From contig CAWAKC010000010.1 of NCBI GenBank assembly GCA_963782525.1, positions 32,001 to 96,000 on the forward strand: DNA of 64,000 bases, read 5' to 3'. The notes beneath the pieces are model-generated. The model saw only the letters and a program-made list of their open reading frames with translations. It was not told the DNA's origin and did no database searches. The position numbers and the translations under genes are program-made. The stretch is from Candidatus Bathyarchaeota archaeon (GTDB lineage Archaea > Thermoproteota > Bathyarchaeia > Bathyarchaeales > Bathycorpusculaceae). Shown here in pieces: positions 40,356 through 50,545 of the stretch (the stretch's first letter is position 1; the number at the start of each line of letters is the position of its first letter).

Positions 40356-40505
40356 TGGTGCTACGGGCAGGATTTGAACCTGCGAACCCCTGAGGGAAAG
40401 GATTTCCCATTTGGGCGCTTGAGTCAAAGCGTCGAGATCTTGAGTCCTTAGTGGAACACGCAGATGCGTATTCTTTCACCTTTGACCTAGCTTGGTTACC
40501 GTAGC
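40356..40505 (-). tRNA. tRNA-Leu(CAA) with two introns (28/29 and 37/38)
   Basis: Acceptor GCTACGG/CCGTAGC + ACCA, GGTTCAAATCC T-arm, long variable arm; BHB-bounded introns 40448-40474 (27 nt) and 40404-40438 (35 nt); mature length 88 nt. Confidence 0.93.
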
Positions 40506-40515
40506 ATACCGTAGG

Positions 40516-41189
40516 CTAAAACAATCGACTTCTGTCATTTAACATTTTCCACTTCATATAACGTGTATTATGCGCATCTTTGATAGAGCCAACCTCTTCC
40601 ATCCATCGAATAACTTGTTGTGGCCGAGTCGTATAAGCAACTTGTAAAGGGGATTTGTTCTTGCCGTTAGGCGGAAAATATTCGTAAGTTCTGAATTCAA
40701 AACCTATTCTACTGGCCAAATCAACGAACCCATCCCTAAGGTCCTTGCTTTTAACTTGAATTTCAATTCTTGGTCCACGATTTACTTGGACGCTAAAGCA
40801 GCCATCTGTACTAAACAATCCGCATAAGAATTTTTTGGGTTATACTTTCTTTCCTGGATTCAAAGATTTGGTTTGGGACACTGACTGTTCCTGCTTTTCT
40901 GCCTAGTGGAAAACCATAATCTCGGAAGAAAGCCAAGCCTGAGGTTGCACACTTCTTATCATAACCGCTCTACCTGAGGGACATTTAATAGGTCTGTTAG
41001 GTTCAACTCCCAAGATATTTCTAACAAAGCTCAATTATTCTTACAAGCATTTCTTTTGTCGTCTTGCCCACAGCTTATTCCCCATTTATCTGAAAGCCAT
41101 CCGTCGCCCGCATGAAGTCCTAGAAGTAATGCTACGTCTTCGTTGAGTTCTTTTAGTGATAGATGGTAAATTATGTGTTCATATTGCAT
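40516..41189 (-). pseudogene. frameshifted two-motif LAGLIDADG homing endonuclease
   Basis: Motif 1 ALLLGLHAGDG near 41100-41140 and motif 2 FLRGLFSTDG near 40800-40830, separated by frameshifts. Confidence 0.8.
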
Positions 41190-41313
41190 TTTTATCTAAA
41201 AGTAAGGGGGGTGAATTGTTTTATAAACTCTATTTCAAAATCAGGCCTTTTATCTGATTACCTTCGTTTCATGCTACCGCAAAAGTAAAACACCAATGCA
41301 GCTGTAATTAGAG

Positions 41314-42195
41314 GTGATGCAGATCCAGCACAGAATTATACTTGGCAACAGCCAGCAAATGCCTGAACTTGCGAACGCGAGCGTGCAGTTGATGGTGACT
41401 TCGCCACCTTATCCCATGATACAGATGTGGGATGAGGTCTTCGGGAAGGCTGACCCTGAAATTGCAGAATTATTCCAGAAATTAGCTGCAGACGGCAGTG
41501 ATGAAACTGTGCGGCAAATCTACGCTGTAATGCACAACTATTTAGCCAAGGTTTGGGCTGAAACCTACCGGGTCCTCGTTGACGGTGGAATTGCATGCAT
41601 AAACATTGGTGACGCAACCCGAAGCATCAACAGTAAATTCCAGCTTTTTCCAAACCATTCCCGCATAACCGAGATCTGCGAAAAAATCGGCTTCACAACT
41701 CTACCGTATATTCTATGGAAAAAACCCACAAACAAACCAGCATATAAGGGCAAAGGCGCTTTTTTGGGCTCAGGTTTCCTTCCTCCAAACGCCTACGTTA
41801 CGCTGGATTGCGAGTTCATTTTGCTTTTCAGAAAGGGGAAACTTCGAAAGTTCGAGCCAAAAGATGTCCTGCGTTATGAGAGTGCTTTCACTAAAACGCA
41901 ACGGAATGAATGGTTTAGCCAAATCTGGAACTTGAAGGGCACAAGGCAAACTGCAAACGAGCTGGAACGAAGAACCGCAGCTTACCCGGAAGAAATTGCA
42001 GAGCGGTTGATTCGGATGTTTAGTGTTAAAGGCGAAACTATACTTGACCCGTTCTTGGGTTCAGGAACCACAGTTAAAGTTGCTATTGAAAATGGTCGCA
42101 ACAGTGTTGGATACGAAGCTGACAAAAACCTCTTGCCTGTAATAACCAATAAAATAGGTCACCATGACGCAGATGTAGCAATAATCAAACGATAA
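41314..42195 (+). CDS. N4-cytosine/N6-adenine DNA methyltransferase (beta class)
   Basis: TSPPY catalytic motif N-terminal, DPFLGSGTT SAM motif C-terminal. Confidence 0.93.
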   Translation: MMQIQHRIILGNSQQMPELANASVQLMVTSPPYPMIQMWDEVFGKADPEIAELFQKLAADGSDETVRQIYAVMHNYLAKVWAETYRVLVDGGIACINIGDATRSINSKFQLFPNHSRITEICEKIGFTTLPYILWKKPTNKPAYKGKGAFLGSGFLPPNAYVTLDCEFILLFRKGKLRKFEPKDVLRYESAFTKTQRNEWFSQIWNLKGTRQTANELERRTAAYPEEIAERLIRMFSVKGETILDPFLGSGTTVKVAIENGRNSVGYEADKNLLPVITNKIGHHDADVAIIKR

Positions 42196-42242
42196 TGATT
42201 AATACCGTCCTTTCAATAAATTCGGACAATAGGTCCTACTAA

Positions 42243-42560
42243 TTGAGCAAAAAAACCTCAACCAGCAAGAAACCCATGGGTTTTGGTAACACTTCTCGAA
42301 GGTTCACCCAAACAGAAAGACGCGTAAAGGGCAGTATTGCTAAGGACCGTTTTGCTCTTGACCAAGCCATGCAGGGGAATGATTGCCAAAAGATTCGGAA
42401 GGACGGCGATTTTGTGGTTCAAAAAAGGGATTTCTTTGGAAATAAAGTTGGCGAGCCTACAACTTATGAGATTAAAAATGGGAATTCCAAGTTGACTGAA
42501 GCTCAAGAGAAAAGGCGGCGGCAACTGGGTAGAAATCGCTATAAAATTGCTAGGTATTAA
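42243..42560 (+). CDS. small basic protein with PD-(D/E)XK-like motif
   Basis: GDF...YEIKNG..KLT..Q. Confidence 0.65.
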   Translation: MSKKTSTSKKPMGFGNTSRRFTQTERRVKGSIAKDRFALDQAMQGNDCQKIRKDGDFVVQKRDFFGNKVGEPTTYEIKNGNSKLTEAQEKRRRQLGRNRYKIARY

Positions 42561-42842
42561 TGGGTTGGAATGCATTTGTTTTAGTGTAATTAGTTTTGCG
42601 CCAAGCAATGGTTCACTATCCTCTTCATAAAAGAAACATTAAAAAAAAGCCTTGGTTTATTAAACGAGAGTTTTCCCAAGCATTTTACCTTCGACTAAAC
42701 TGAAACGTTCAATGTTTGCTCTTTAGGAGTAAATTTTTCCTTCTTTTTCTATTTTCCTTCATGCAAAGATAAGGCAAAAAGTTTTTTCAACTAGATGCAA
42801 TATGAATGTTTATTAGAGATTCAGTTTAGACTCATTATGCAT

Positions 42843-42857
42843 AAAAAAGTTTATATG
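42843..42857 (+). promoter_or_regulatory. BRE/TATA promoter candidate of the RNAP operon
   Basis: AAAAAAGTTTATATG about 160 nt upstream of rpoB. Confidence 0.45.
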
Positions 42858-43013
42858 CAGCGTAGGCGGCTTGTGTTTGTGCTCTTAGAAAAGTTAGTTG
42901 ACCCTTTTTCGAGTTGGAACTATCCAGCATCGGAGGAAATGAAAAAGTGAAAACACAATTAACCAAAACTCACAGGCATCATTATATGTTAAATTTATGG
43001 GAGAACTGAAAAC

Positions 43014-46000
43014 TTGACTAATGTACAAAAAGAAGATATCCATTATCTTTTGAAAACTTTCTTCAACGAGAAAGGCTTAGTTCGTCAGCATCTTGACAGT
43101 TACAACGAATTCATCGACCATGGACTCCAAGAAGTCGTGGATGAAGTCGCAGAAATCCCTATCGAAGTTCCCGAAAGCCCCTACAAAGTGAAGCTCGGAC
43201 AAATCTGGGTAATAGACCCACAGTCACGCATTACTGGTCCATACGCCACCGAAGTAGATGGAACAAAACATGAAATTTACCCAATGGAAGCCAGACTACG
43301 CAACTTAGCGTATTCTGCACCCATCGCATTGGAAATGACTCCTGTTGTGGACGGAAGAGAACAGGACACTGAACTTGTTTACATCGGCAACATCCCTGTT
43401 ATGCTCAAGAGCAAACTTTGCTTCCTCAGCCAACTCAGCAAAGAAGAGCTCATCGCTGCAGGAGAAGACCCAGATGATCCAGGCGGATACTTTGTCGTTA
43501 ACGGCAGCGAACGCGTTATCGTCGCGATGGAAGACTTGGCACCTAACCGTGTTATCGTTGACATTGACGAGAAAGGCACTTCACCGGTTTATCAAGCAAA
43601 AATTTTCTCAACAACCGTTGGTTTCCGAGCAAGAATAGAACTTAAACTCAAGTCAGACGACGCAATCTACGTTACCATGCCGGGAGTCCCAACAGAAATC
43701 CCATTCGTCGTCATCATGCGCGCATTAACCATGGAAAAAGACAAGGACATTGCGGAAGCAGTTTCCCTCGACAGCGACACCCAAAGCCACCTATCCGCTT
43801 CATTCGAGAAAGCCATCGGCGTAGACACACCTTCAGACGCCATACTGTTCATAGGCAACCGCGTTGCCCACGGTCAAGTCGAAGAATACAGACTTCAAAA
43901 GGCAGAAACTGCACTCGACAAAAACTTCCTTCCACACTTGGGAAGAAGCGACAAAAACCGCCGCGAAAAAGCCATATTCCTAGGCGAAATGGCATACCGC
44001 GTTATCCAACTAAAAACAGGCAGACGTCAACCAGACGACAAAGACCACTTCAAGAACAAACGTCTACGACTTGGTGGTCCATTGCTCGCAGACCTTTTCC
44101 GCGTCTCCTTCCGCAATTTAACACGCGACATAAAATATCAGCTTGAACGCATAGGCGTTAAAGGCCCAATCATCACCGTTTCCGCAGCTGTGCGCCCAGG
44201 AATCATTACAGAACGTTTCCAACATGCATTAGCAACGGGCAACTGGGGCAGAGGCAGAGTCGGAATCACACAGCTCCTCGACAGAACAAACTACATCTCA
44301 ACCCTCAGTCACCTTCGCAGACTCCAATCACCCTTAAGCAGAAGCCAACCTAACTTCGAAGCCCGAGACTTACACCCAACTCACTGGGGACGCTTATGCC
44401 CTAACGAAACCCCTGAAGGCTCAAACTGCGGGCTCGTAAAAAACCTCGCATTATCAGCCTCCATCGCAGTCGGCGTAAACCCAGACAAAATCAGGCAGTT
44501 ACTCTTTGAAATGGGCACCGTACCAGCATACGAAGCAAGCATTGAACTGCGTATCTCAGGCGCTAAAGTTTTCGTCGACGGCAACATTATCGGTTACTGC
44601 AATAACCCACAAGAAATGGTGCAATCCTTCCGTCAGAAACGCAGAGTAGGCGAAATATCAACAGAAGTAAACGTAACTTACTTCTCAAAAGCTCAAACAG
44701 AAACCGAAGAAGTCCACGCAAACTGCGACGAAGGCAGAGTCAGACGCCCACTCATTATCGTTGAAAACGGCGTTGCAAAACTTGGATCAAAACACTTTGA
44801 GAAAATCGGCTTAGGCGAATGGACATGGGAAGACGTTGTCAAGAATGGATTAGTTGAGTATTTGGATGCTGAAGAAGAAGAAAACGCCTTCATTGCATTA
44901 TCCTACGATGCAATAACTCCTCAAAATACACACGTAGAAATTGCAACATTCACAATCCTTGGAATTTGCGCATCAACTATTCCCTATCCAGAACACAACC
45001 AATCACCACGAAACTCATACCAAGCTGCAATGGCTAAACAGGCCCTCGGCGTCTACGGAACGAACTTCCACCACCGCGTCGACTCACGCTCACACATTCT
45101 ACATTACCCACAAGTTCCCATGGTGCAAACAGAAAACATGGATGTCATGGGCTACAAACAGCGCCCAACTGGACAAAACTGCGTCGTCGCCGTGCTTAGC
45201 TTCGAAGGATACAACATGGAAGACGCCATCATATTCAACAAGGCATCTATCGAACGCGGCTTAGCACGCTCAACCTTCTACCGCATCTACGAAGCAGAAT
45301 GCCGCCAATATCTCGGTGGCTTAAAAGACAAATTCACTGTTCCAGAACCAGGCACCCGCGGCTACAGAGGCGAACAATATTACAGGCTCCTGGAACCCGA
45401 CGGAATAATTGGTTTAGAATCCCAAGTGGTCGGCGGAGATGTCTTAATAGGCAGAATCAGTCCTCCTAGGTTCCTTGAAGAATACAAAGAATTTGAAGTT
45501 AAAGGACCCTCAATGCGTGATACATCCGTGGACATGCGTCCCTCCGAAACAGGCATCGTGGACGGCATATTCGTTACGATGTCAGGGGAAGGAAGTCAAC
45601 TCGTTAAAGTCCGCGTAAGAGACCAACGCATCCCAGAACTAGGCGACAAATTTGCATCAAGACACGGACAGAAAGGAGTTATTGGTTTAATCGTTCCCCA
45701 AGAAGACCTGCCATTCACAGATGAAGGTATCGTTCCAGACCTAATAATCAACCCCCATGCAATCCCCTCAAGAATGACCATCGGTCAATTCATCGAATCG
45801 CTCTCAGGCAAAGCCGCATGCGCAAGAGGCAAACCAGGCGACGGTACGCCCTTCTCAAACGAAGGACCTGATGAAGTACGCAAAAACCTAGTAAAACTCG
45901 GCTTCAGCCAAACCGGAAGCGAAGTCTTCTATAGTGGCGCCACAGGCGAAAAATTCGTTGCTGACGTTTTCGTGGGAATTGTTTACTACCAAAAACTACA

Positions 46001-46379
46001 CCACATGGTTGCAGACAAAATCCATGCCAGAGCCCGCGGTCAAGTACAGATGCTCACACGTCAGCCAACTGAAGGACGTGCAAGAGGCGGAGGTCTCAGA
46101 TTCGGAGAAATGGAGCGAGACTGCCTCATTGGACACGGCGCTGCCATGCTACTAAGAGATAGATTGTTGGAAGAATCTGACAAGTACACGCTCTACATCT
46201 GCGAGAATTGCGGACAAATCGCTTACTTCGACATGAAGCAAAGGCGCTATGTCTGCAAGATCTGCGACGAGAAAGCAAAGATTTCGCCAGTCATCGTGTC
46301 TTACGCTTTCAAGCTTCTGCTGCAAGAACTGCAGAGCTTATGCATTACACCAAAATTAAGACTAAAGGAGAAGGCTTAA
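43014..46379 (+). CDS. rpoB: DNA-directed RNA polymerase subunit B (Rpo2, unsplit)
   Basis: GGYFVVNGSE, ETPEG, GDKFASRHGQKG, GGLRFGEME. Confidence 0.98.
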   Translation: MTNVQKEDIHYLLKTFFNEKGLVRQHLDSYNEFIDHGLQEVVDEVAEIPIEVPESPYKVKLGQIWVIDPQSRITGPYATEVDGTKHEIYPMEARLRNLAYSAPIALEMTPVVDGREQDTELVYIGNIPVMLKSKLCFLSQLSKEELIAAGEDPDDPGGYFVVNGSERVIVAMEDLAPNRVIVDIDEKGTSPVYQAKIFSTTVGFRARIELKLKSDDAIYVTMPGVPTEIPFVVIMRALTMEKDKDIAEAVSLDSDTQSHLSASFEKAIGVDTPSDAILFIGNRVAHGQVEEYRLQKAETALDKNFLPHLGRSDKNRREKAIFLGEMAYRVIQLKTGRRQPDDKDHFKNKRLRLGGPLLADLFRVSFRNLTRDIKYQLERIGVKGPIITVSAAVRPGIITERFQHALATGNWGRGRVGITQLLDRTNYISTLSHLRRLQSPLSRSQPNFEARDLHPTHWGRLCPNETPEGSNCGLVKNLALSASIAVGVNPDKIRQLLFEMGTVPAYEASIELRISGAKVFVDGNIIGYCNNPQEMVQSFRQKRRVGEISTEVNVTYFSKAQTETEEVHANCDEGRVRRPLIIVENGVAKLGSKHFEKIGLGEWTWEDVVKNGLVEYLDAEEEENAFIALSYDAITPQNTHVEIATFTILGICASTIPYPEHNQSPRNSYQAAMAKQALGVYGTNFHHRVDSRSHILHYPQVPMVQTENMDVMGYKQRPTGQNCVVAVLSFEGYNMEDAIIFNKASIERGLARSTFYRIYEAECRQYLGGLKDKFTVPEPGTRGYRGEQYYRLLEPDGIIGLESQVVGGDVLIGRISPPRFLEEYKEFEVKGPSMRDTSVDMRPSETGIVDGIFVTMSGEGSQLVKVRVRDQRIPELGDKFASRHGQKGVIGLIVPQEDLPFTDEGIVPDLIINPHAIPSRMTIGQFIESLSGKAACARGKPGDGTPFSNEGPDEVRKNLVKLGFSQTGSEVFYSGATGEKFVADVFVGIVYYQKLHHMVADKIHARARGQVQMLTRQPTEGRARGGGLRFGEMERDCLIGHGAAMLLRDRLLEESDKYTLYICENCGQIAYFDMKQRRYVCKICDEKAKISPVIVSYAFKLLLQELQSLCITPKLRLKEKA

Positions 46380-46380
46380 C

Positions 46381-49300
46381 ATGTCACAGGAAGAATTGAT
46401 TCATAAAATAGTAGATGAAATCTCATTCGGTTTAATCTCACCTAAAGACCTCCGTAAACAATCAGTCGTAGAAATCCAAACACCTGACACTTACGACGAA
46501 GACGGTGCACCAATCACAGCAGGCTTAATGGACGGCAGACTCGGGACCCTTGAACCGAGACAAAGATGCAAAACTTGCGGCAACACAGCCATCCGTTGTC
46601 CGGGGCACTTCGGCCACATCGAACTTGCTGTACCAATAGTCCACATCGAATTTACCAAAATCATCTTTGACCTCCTAAAAGCAACCTGCCGCACATGCGG
46701 GCGAATTCTCCTCTCAGAAGACGCATCCAAAAAAGCACGCCAAAGACTAGAACGCTTTAACGAGCTCTTAGGAACGATTCCAGATGAAATTTACAAGGAA
46801 ATCTTAACCGACATCAAAGCCAAACAATGCCCCTACTGCGCAGCAGCACAATTCAAAATCACCTTCGAGAAACCAACCAAATTCATAGAGCAAACTGAAG
46901 CAGGATCCGAACCCCTAACACCAAGCATGATACGCGAAAGACTCGAACGTATTTCCGATGAGGACCTGGAAATTTTGGGGTTCAACCCAAAAGTTGCCCG
47001 TCCAGAATGGATGGTTCTCCAAGTACTCCCAGTCCCACCAGTTTATGTGCGTCCCTCAATCACTCTGGAATCTGGTATTCGCTCAGAAGATGATTTAACT
47101 CACAAGCTCGTAGACATCATCCGCATCAACCAGCGTCTAAAGGAAAACATGGAAGCAGGTGCACCAACACTCATCATCCAAGACCTCTCTGAACTTTTAC
47201 AGTACCACGTTACAACTTACTTCAACAACGAAGCATCCGGTATTCCGCCTGCACGTCACCGCAGTGGCAGAGCGCTAAAAACTCTCAGCCAACGTCTCAA
47301 AGGTAAAGAAGGACGCTTCAGAAGCAACCTCTCAGGCAAACGTGTCGACTTCTCAGCCCGCACAGTCATCTCACCCGACCCTAACCTTGACATAAACGAA
47401 GTAGGTGTTCCACAAGACGTCGCCATGAGACTATCCGTCCCAGAAAAAGTCACAGCTTGGAACATCGAAGAAATGAAGAAATTCGTGATTAACGGTCCAG
47501 AAAACTATCCAGGCGCACTCTATATCATCCGCCCAGACGGAAAACGTATCCGCCTCGAATTCGTCGTTGACCGCACAAAAATCGCGGAAGCAGTCGAATT
47601 AGGCTTCATAGTTGAACGCCACCTCAAAAACGGCGACATAGCCATCTTCAACCGACAGCCCTCACTTCACCGCATGTCCATCATGGCACACTTTGTACGT
47701 GTTTTGCCCTACAAGACCTTTAGACTGCACCTTTGCGTTTGTCCACCATACAACGCAGACTTTGACGGCGACGAAATGAACCTACACGTTCCACAGAGCG
47801 AAGAAGCCCGGACCGAATCACTCTTGCTTATGCAGGTGCAAGACCAAATACTCTCGCCCAGATTCGGCGGACCAATCATCGGCGCCATCAGAGACTTCAT
47901 CACAAGCGCATACTACTTCACAAGAAGAAGCAACTTCCTAACCAGAAGCCAAGTTAACCGGCTCCTTACTGCTACAAACTATACCGGGCCAGTACCAGAA
48001 CCAGAAATTACGACGCCCGAACCCATGTGGTCAGGCAAACAAATCTTCAGCTTATACCTGCCAAAAACACTCAATTACTCACTAAAAGCTAACATCTGCC
48101 AAGGTTGCACAAAATGCGAAGAAGAAGACTGCAAACACGACGCTTACGTAGTTGTCAAGAACGGTCAACTCGTCTCAGGCATCATCGACAGACGGTCGAT
48201 CGGCTCTGAACAATCCGAAAGCTTACTTCACAGAATCATCAAAGACTACGGTACACAAGCGGGCAGAGAATTCCTAAACAAAGTCACACATTTACTCAAA
48301 CAATTCATCTCGATGCGAGGCTTCAGTTACACCTACGACCAACTGGTCCTATCGCCACGAGCACGCAGCCGCATGGCAAAAACCATGGACCGCATCCAAA
48401 AGAAAATCGACGAACACATCGAAAACTTCCGCAACGGAACTTTACCACGCTTGCCAGGACAAACACTCGAGGAATCATTCGAAATCTACGTTATGCATGA
48501 ACTCGCCGTAGCCAGAGACGAATCAGGCAAAATAGCAGACGAAGACTTCACATTGGAAAATGCAGGCATTGTCATGACCCGTGCTGGTGCAAGAGGCTCA
48601 AGCTTAAACATCGGTCAAATGGCCGCTTGTGTCGGTCAACAGTCAGTCCGAGGCAAACGTATCCTAAGAGGCTACGCTGGAAGAGCACTGCCACACTTCG
48701 TTGATGGCGACCCAAGCCCAAGAGCAAGAGGCTTCGTCTACAACTCTTACCAAACAGGCTTAGACGCGATTGAATTCTTCTTCCACGCTATGGGTGGCAG
48801 AGAAGGTCTAGTCGACACAGCCGTCCGCACACAACAAAGCGGTTACATGCAAAGACGATTAATCAACGCCTTAGAACACATTCGATTAGAGTACGACAGC
48901 ACTGTCCGTGACTCTGCTGGCGACATCATCCAATTCCGCTATGGCGAAGACGGTGTGGACCCTGCAAAAAGTGATCACGGCAAAGCAGTCAACGTTAGCC
49001 GATTAATCGACCAGATTAAAATCGGCGAAGAAAAAGGCGAAATCGCATCTGCAGAACACATTAAGAAGCAGCTCAAGAATGTTGAAGACCAAATAACACC
49101 TATCCTGCTAAACCAGCTTAAAACAAACTTTGCAAAGAACAAACTCACAGCAAAAAGCGTAACAAAAGCAGCAACCCAAACAGCTGAACAATACAAACGT
49201 GCCCTTATGGAGCCCGGAGAAGCAGTCGGAATCGTTGCAGCCCAATCAATCGGTGAACCAGGCACACAGATGACTCTCAGAACTTTCCACTATGCAGGTG

Positions 49301-50211
49301 TCAAAGAACAAAACGTCACATTAGGTTTACCCCGACTCATCGAAATCGTGGACGCACGCAGAATTCCCTCAACCCCAATCATGACCATCTACCTACAAGG
49401 AGACCACGCAAAGAGCAAAGAAGGCGCAGTTGAAGTTGCACGCAACATCATCTACACTTCAGTTGAAAACTTGGCCTCAGCAATCTACGAAGACCCAGTT
49501 CGCGAAGCAATAATCATCGAATTGAACAAGCAGATGATGGATGACAGAGCTATCACAATGGATGAGCTGAAAGAGCGGATGGAACTGCAGAATGCAACTG
49601 TAACCGTTACAGACACAACTGTCGAGATTAAACCCAAGAAAGCAGAACAACTCAAACGCATGCTTGCCAAGGTCCCAGGTTACCAAGTAAAAGGTGTCCC
49701 AGACATTAAACGTGTCCTAGTTACCGAAGAGAGCGGTGAATGGGTAATACGCACTGATGGCTCAAACCTCTCCAAAGTTCTCGAAGTAATAGGTGTTGAT
49801 ACTTCACGAACAACCACCAACAACATTCACGAAATCGCTAAAACCCTGGGGGTCGAAGCATCCAGAAACGCACTCGTCCACGAAGCCAAAGGAGTCCTCG
49901 AAGACCAAGGCTTAGACGTTGACGTGAGACACGTAATGCTCGTAGCAGACATGATGACCACTACAGGCGACGTACAGCAAATCGGCAGACACGGAATCAG
50001 CGGCAAAAAAGCCAGCGTCCTCGCCCGCGCCGCATTCGAAATTACAGTTCCAAACATAGTTGAAGCCGCCGTCAAAGGTGAAAGTGATCCTTTGGCTGGT
50101 GTAACAGAAAACGTTATAGTTGGGCAATCAATACCAATCGGCACTGGCCTAGTTGAACTGTACATGTCAACATTTGAAACGCAAGAAAAAGAAGGAGGAA
50201 AAACAGAATGA
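46381..50211 (+). CDS. rpoA: DNA-directed RNA polymerase subunit A (Rpo1; A' and A'' in one ORF)
   Basis: NADFDGD catalytic motif and A''-type AQSIGEPGTQMTLRTFH in a single 1276 aa frame. Confidence 0.98.
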   Translation: MSQEELIHKIVDEISFGLISPKDLRKQSVVEIQTPDTYDEDGAPITAGLMDGRLGTLEPRQRCKTCGNTAIRCPGHFGHIELAVPIVHIEFTKIIFDLLKATCRTCGRILLSEDASKKARQRLERFNELLGTIPDEIYKEILTDIKAKQCPYCAAAQFKITFEKPTKFIEQTEAGSEPLTPSMIRERLERISDEDLEILGFNPKVARPEWMVLQVLPVPPVYVRPSITLESGIRSEDDLTHKLVDIIRINQRLKENMEAGAPTLIIQDLSELLQYHVTTYFNNEASGIPPARHRSGRALKTLSQRLKGKEGRFRSNLSGKRVDFSARTVISPDPNLDINEVGVPQDVAMRLSVPEKVTAWNIEEMKKFVINGPENYPGALYIIRPDGKRIRLEFVVDRTKIAEAVELGFIVERHLKNGDIAIFNRQPSLHRMSIMAHFVRVLPYKTFRLHLCVCPPYNADFDGDEMNLHVPQSEEARTESLLLMQVQDQILSPRFGGPIIGAIRDFITSAYYFTRRSNFLTRSQVNRLLTATNYTGPVPEPEITTPEPMWSGKQIFSLYLPKTLNYSLKANICQGCTKCEEEDCKHDAYVVVKNGQLVSGIIDRRSIGSEQSESLLHRIIKDYGTQAGREFLNKVTHLLKQFISMRGFSYTYDQLVLSPRARSRMAKTMDRIQKKIDEHIENFRNGTLPRLPGQTLEESFEIYVMHELAVARDESGKIADEDFTLENAGIVMTRAGARGSSLNIGQMAACVGQQSVRGKRILRGYAGRALPHFVDGDPSPRARGFVYNSYQTGLDAIEFFFHAMGGREGLVDTAVRTQQSGYMQRRLINALEHIRLEYDSTVRDSAGDIIQFRYGEDGVDPAKSDHGKAVNVSRLIDQIKIGEEKGEIASAEHIKKQLKNVEDQITPILLNQLKTNFAKNKLTAKSVTKAATQTAEQYKRALMEPGEAVGIVAAQSIGEPGTQMTLRTFHYAGVKEQNVTLGLPRLIEIVDARRIPSTPIMTIYLQGDHAKSKEGAVEVARNIIYTSVENLASAIYEDPVREAIIIELNKQMMDDRAITMDELKERMELQNATVTVTDTTVEIKPKKAEQLKRMLAKVPGYQVKGVPDIKRVLVTEESGEWVIRTDGSNLSKVLEVIGVDTSRTTTNNIHEIAKTLGVEASRNALVHEAKGVLEDQGLDVDVRHVMLVADMMTTTGDVQQIGRHGISGKKASVLARAAFEITVPNIVEAAVKGESDPLAGVTENVIVGQSIPIGTGLVELYMSTFETQEKEGGKTE

Positions 50212-50522
50212 TAGACATAGATAAAGCATTAGCGTCTGCAGTGAAAACAGGAAAGGTATCCTTTGGAACCAACGTTGCATTGCAAAACGCCAAAACCGGC
50301 AAAGCTAAGATGATTGTTTTAGCTTCAAACTGTCCAAAAGACATAAAAGAACAAATAGAATACTATGGAGAAATCTCTAAAGTCCCCGTCATAACCTACA
50401 AAGGTGGATCAATGGATCTAGCTGAAGTCTGCAAAAAACTCTTTATTATTTCTGCCCTTAGCATTCGCGAAACCGGGGATTCAGATATTCTCAAAGTAAC
50501 CGAGGAAACTCAGATACAATAA
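50208..50522 (+). CDS. rpl30e: 50S ribosomal protein L30e
   Basis: KTGKV.FG, A.NCP, GDSDI; position after rpoA. Confidence 0.95.
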   Translation: MIDIDKALASAVKTGKVSFGTNVALQNAKTGKAKMIVLASNCPKDIKEQIEYYGEISKVPVITYKGGSMDLAEVCKKLFIISALSIRETGDSDILKVTEETQIQ

Positions 50523-50545
50523 TAAAAAATGGAGGAAAAAAAAGA

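Noticed and set aside
43014-50211. Inteins in the RNAP subunits
   Set aside because: Lengths are normal and no intein or LAGLIDADG insertion is visible.
29987-50211. Numerous antisense or overlapping ORFs inside aor, pepF and rpo genes
   Set aside because: Shadow ORFs of conserved genes.
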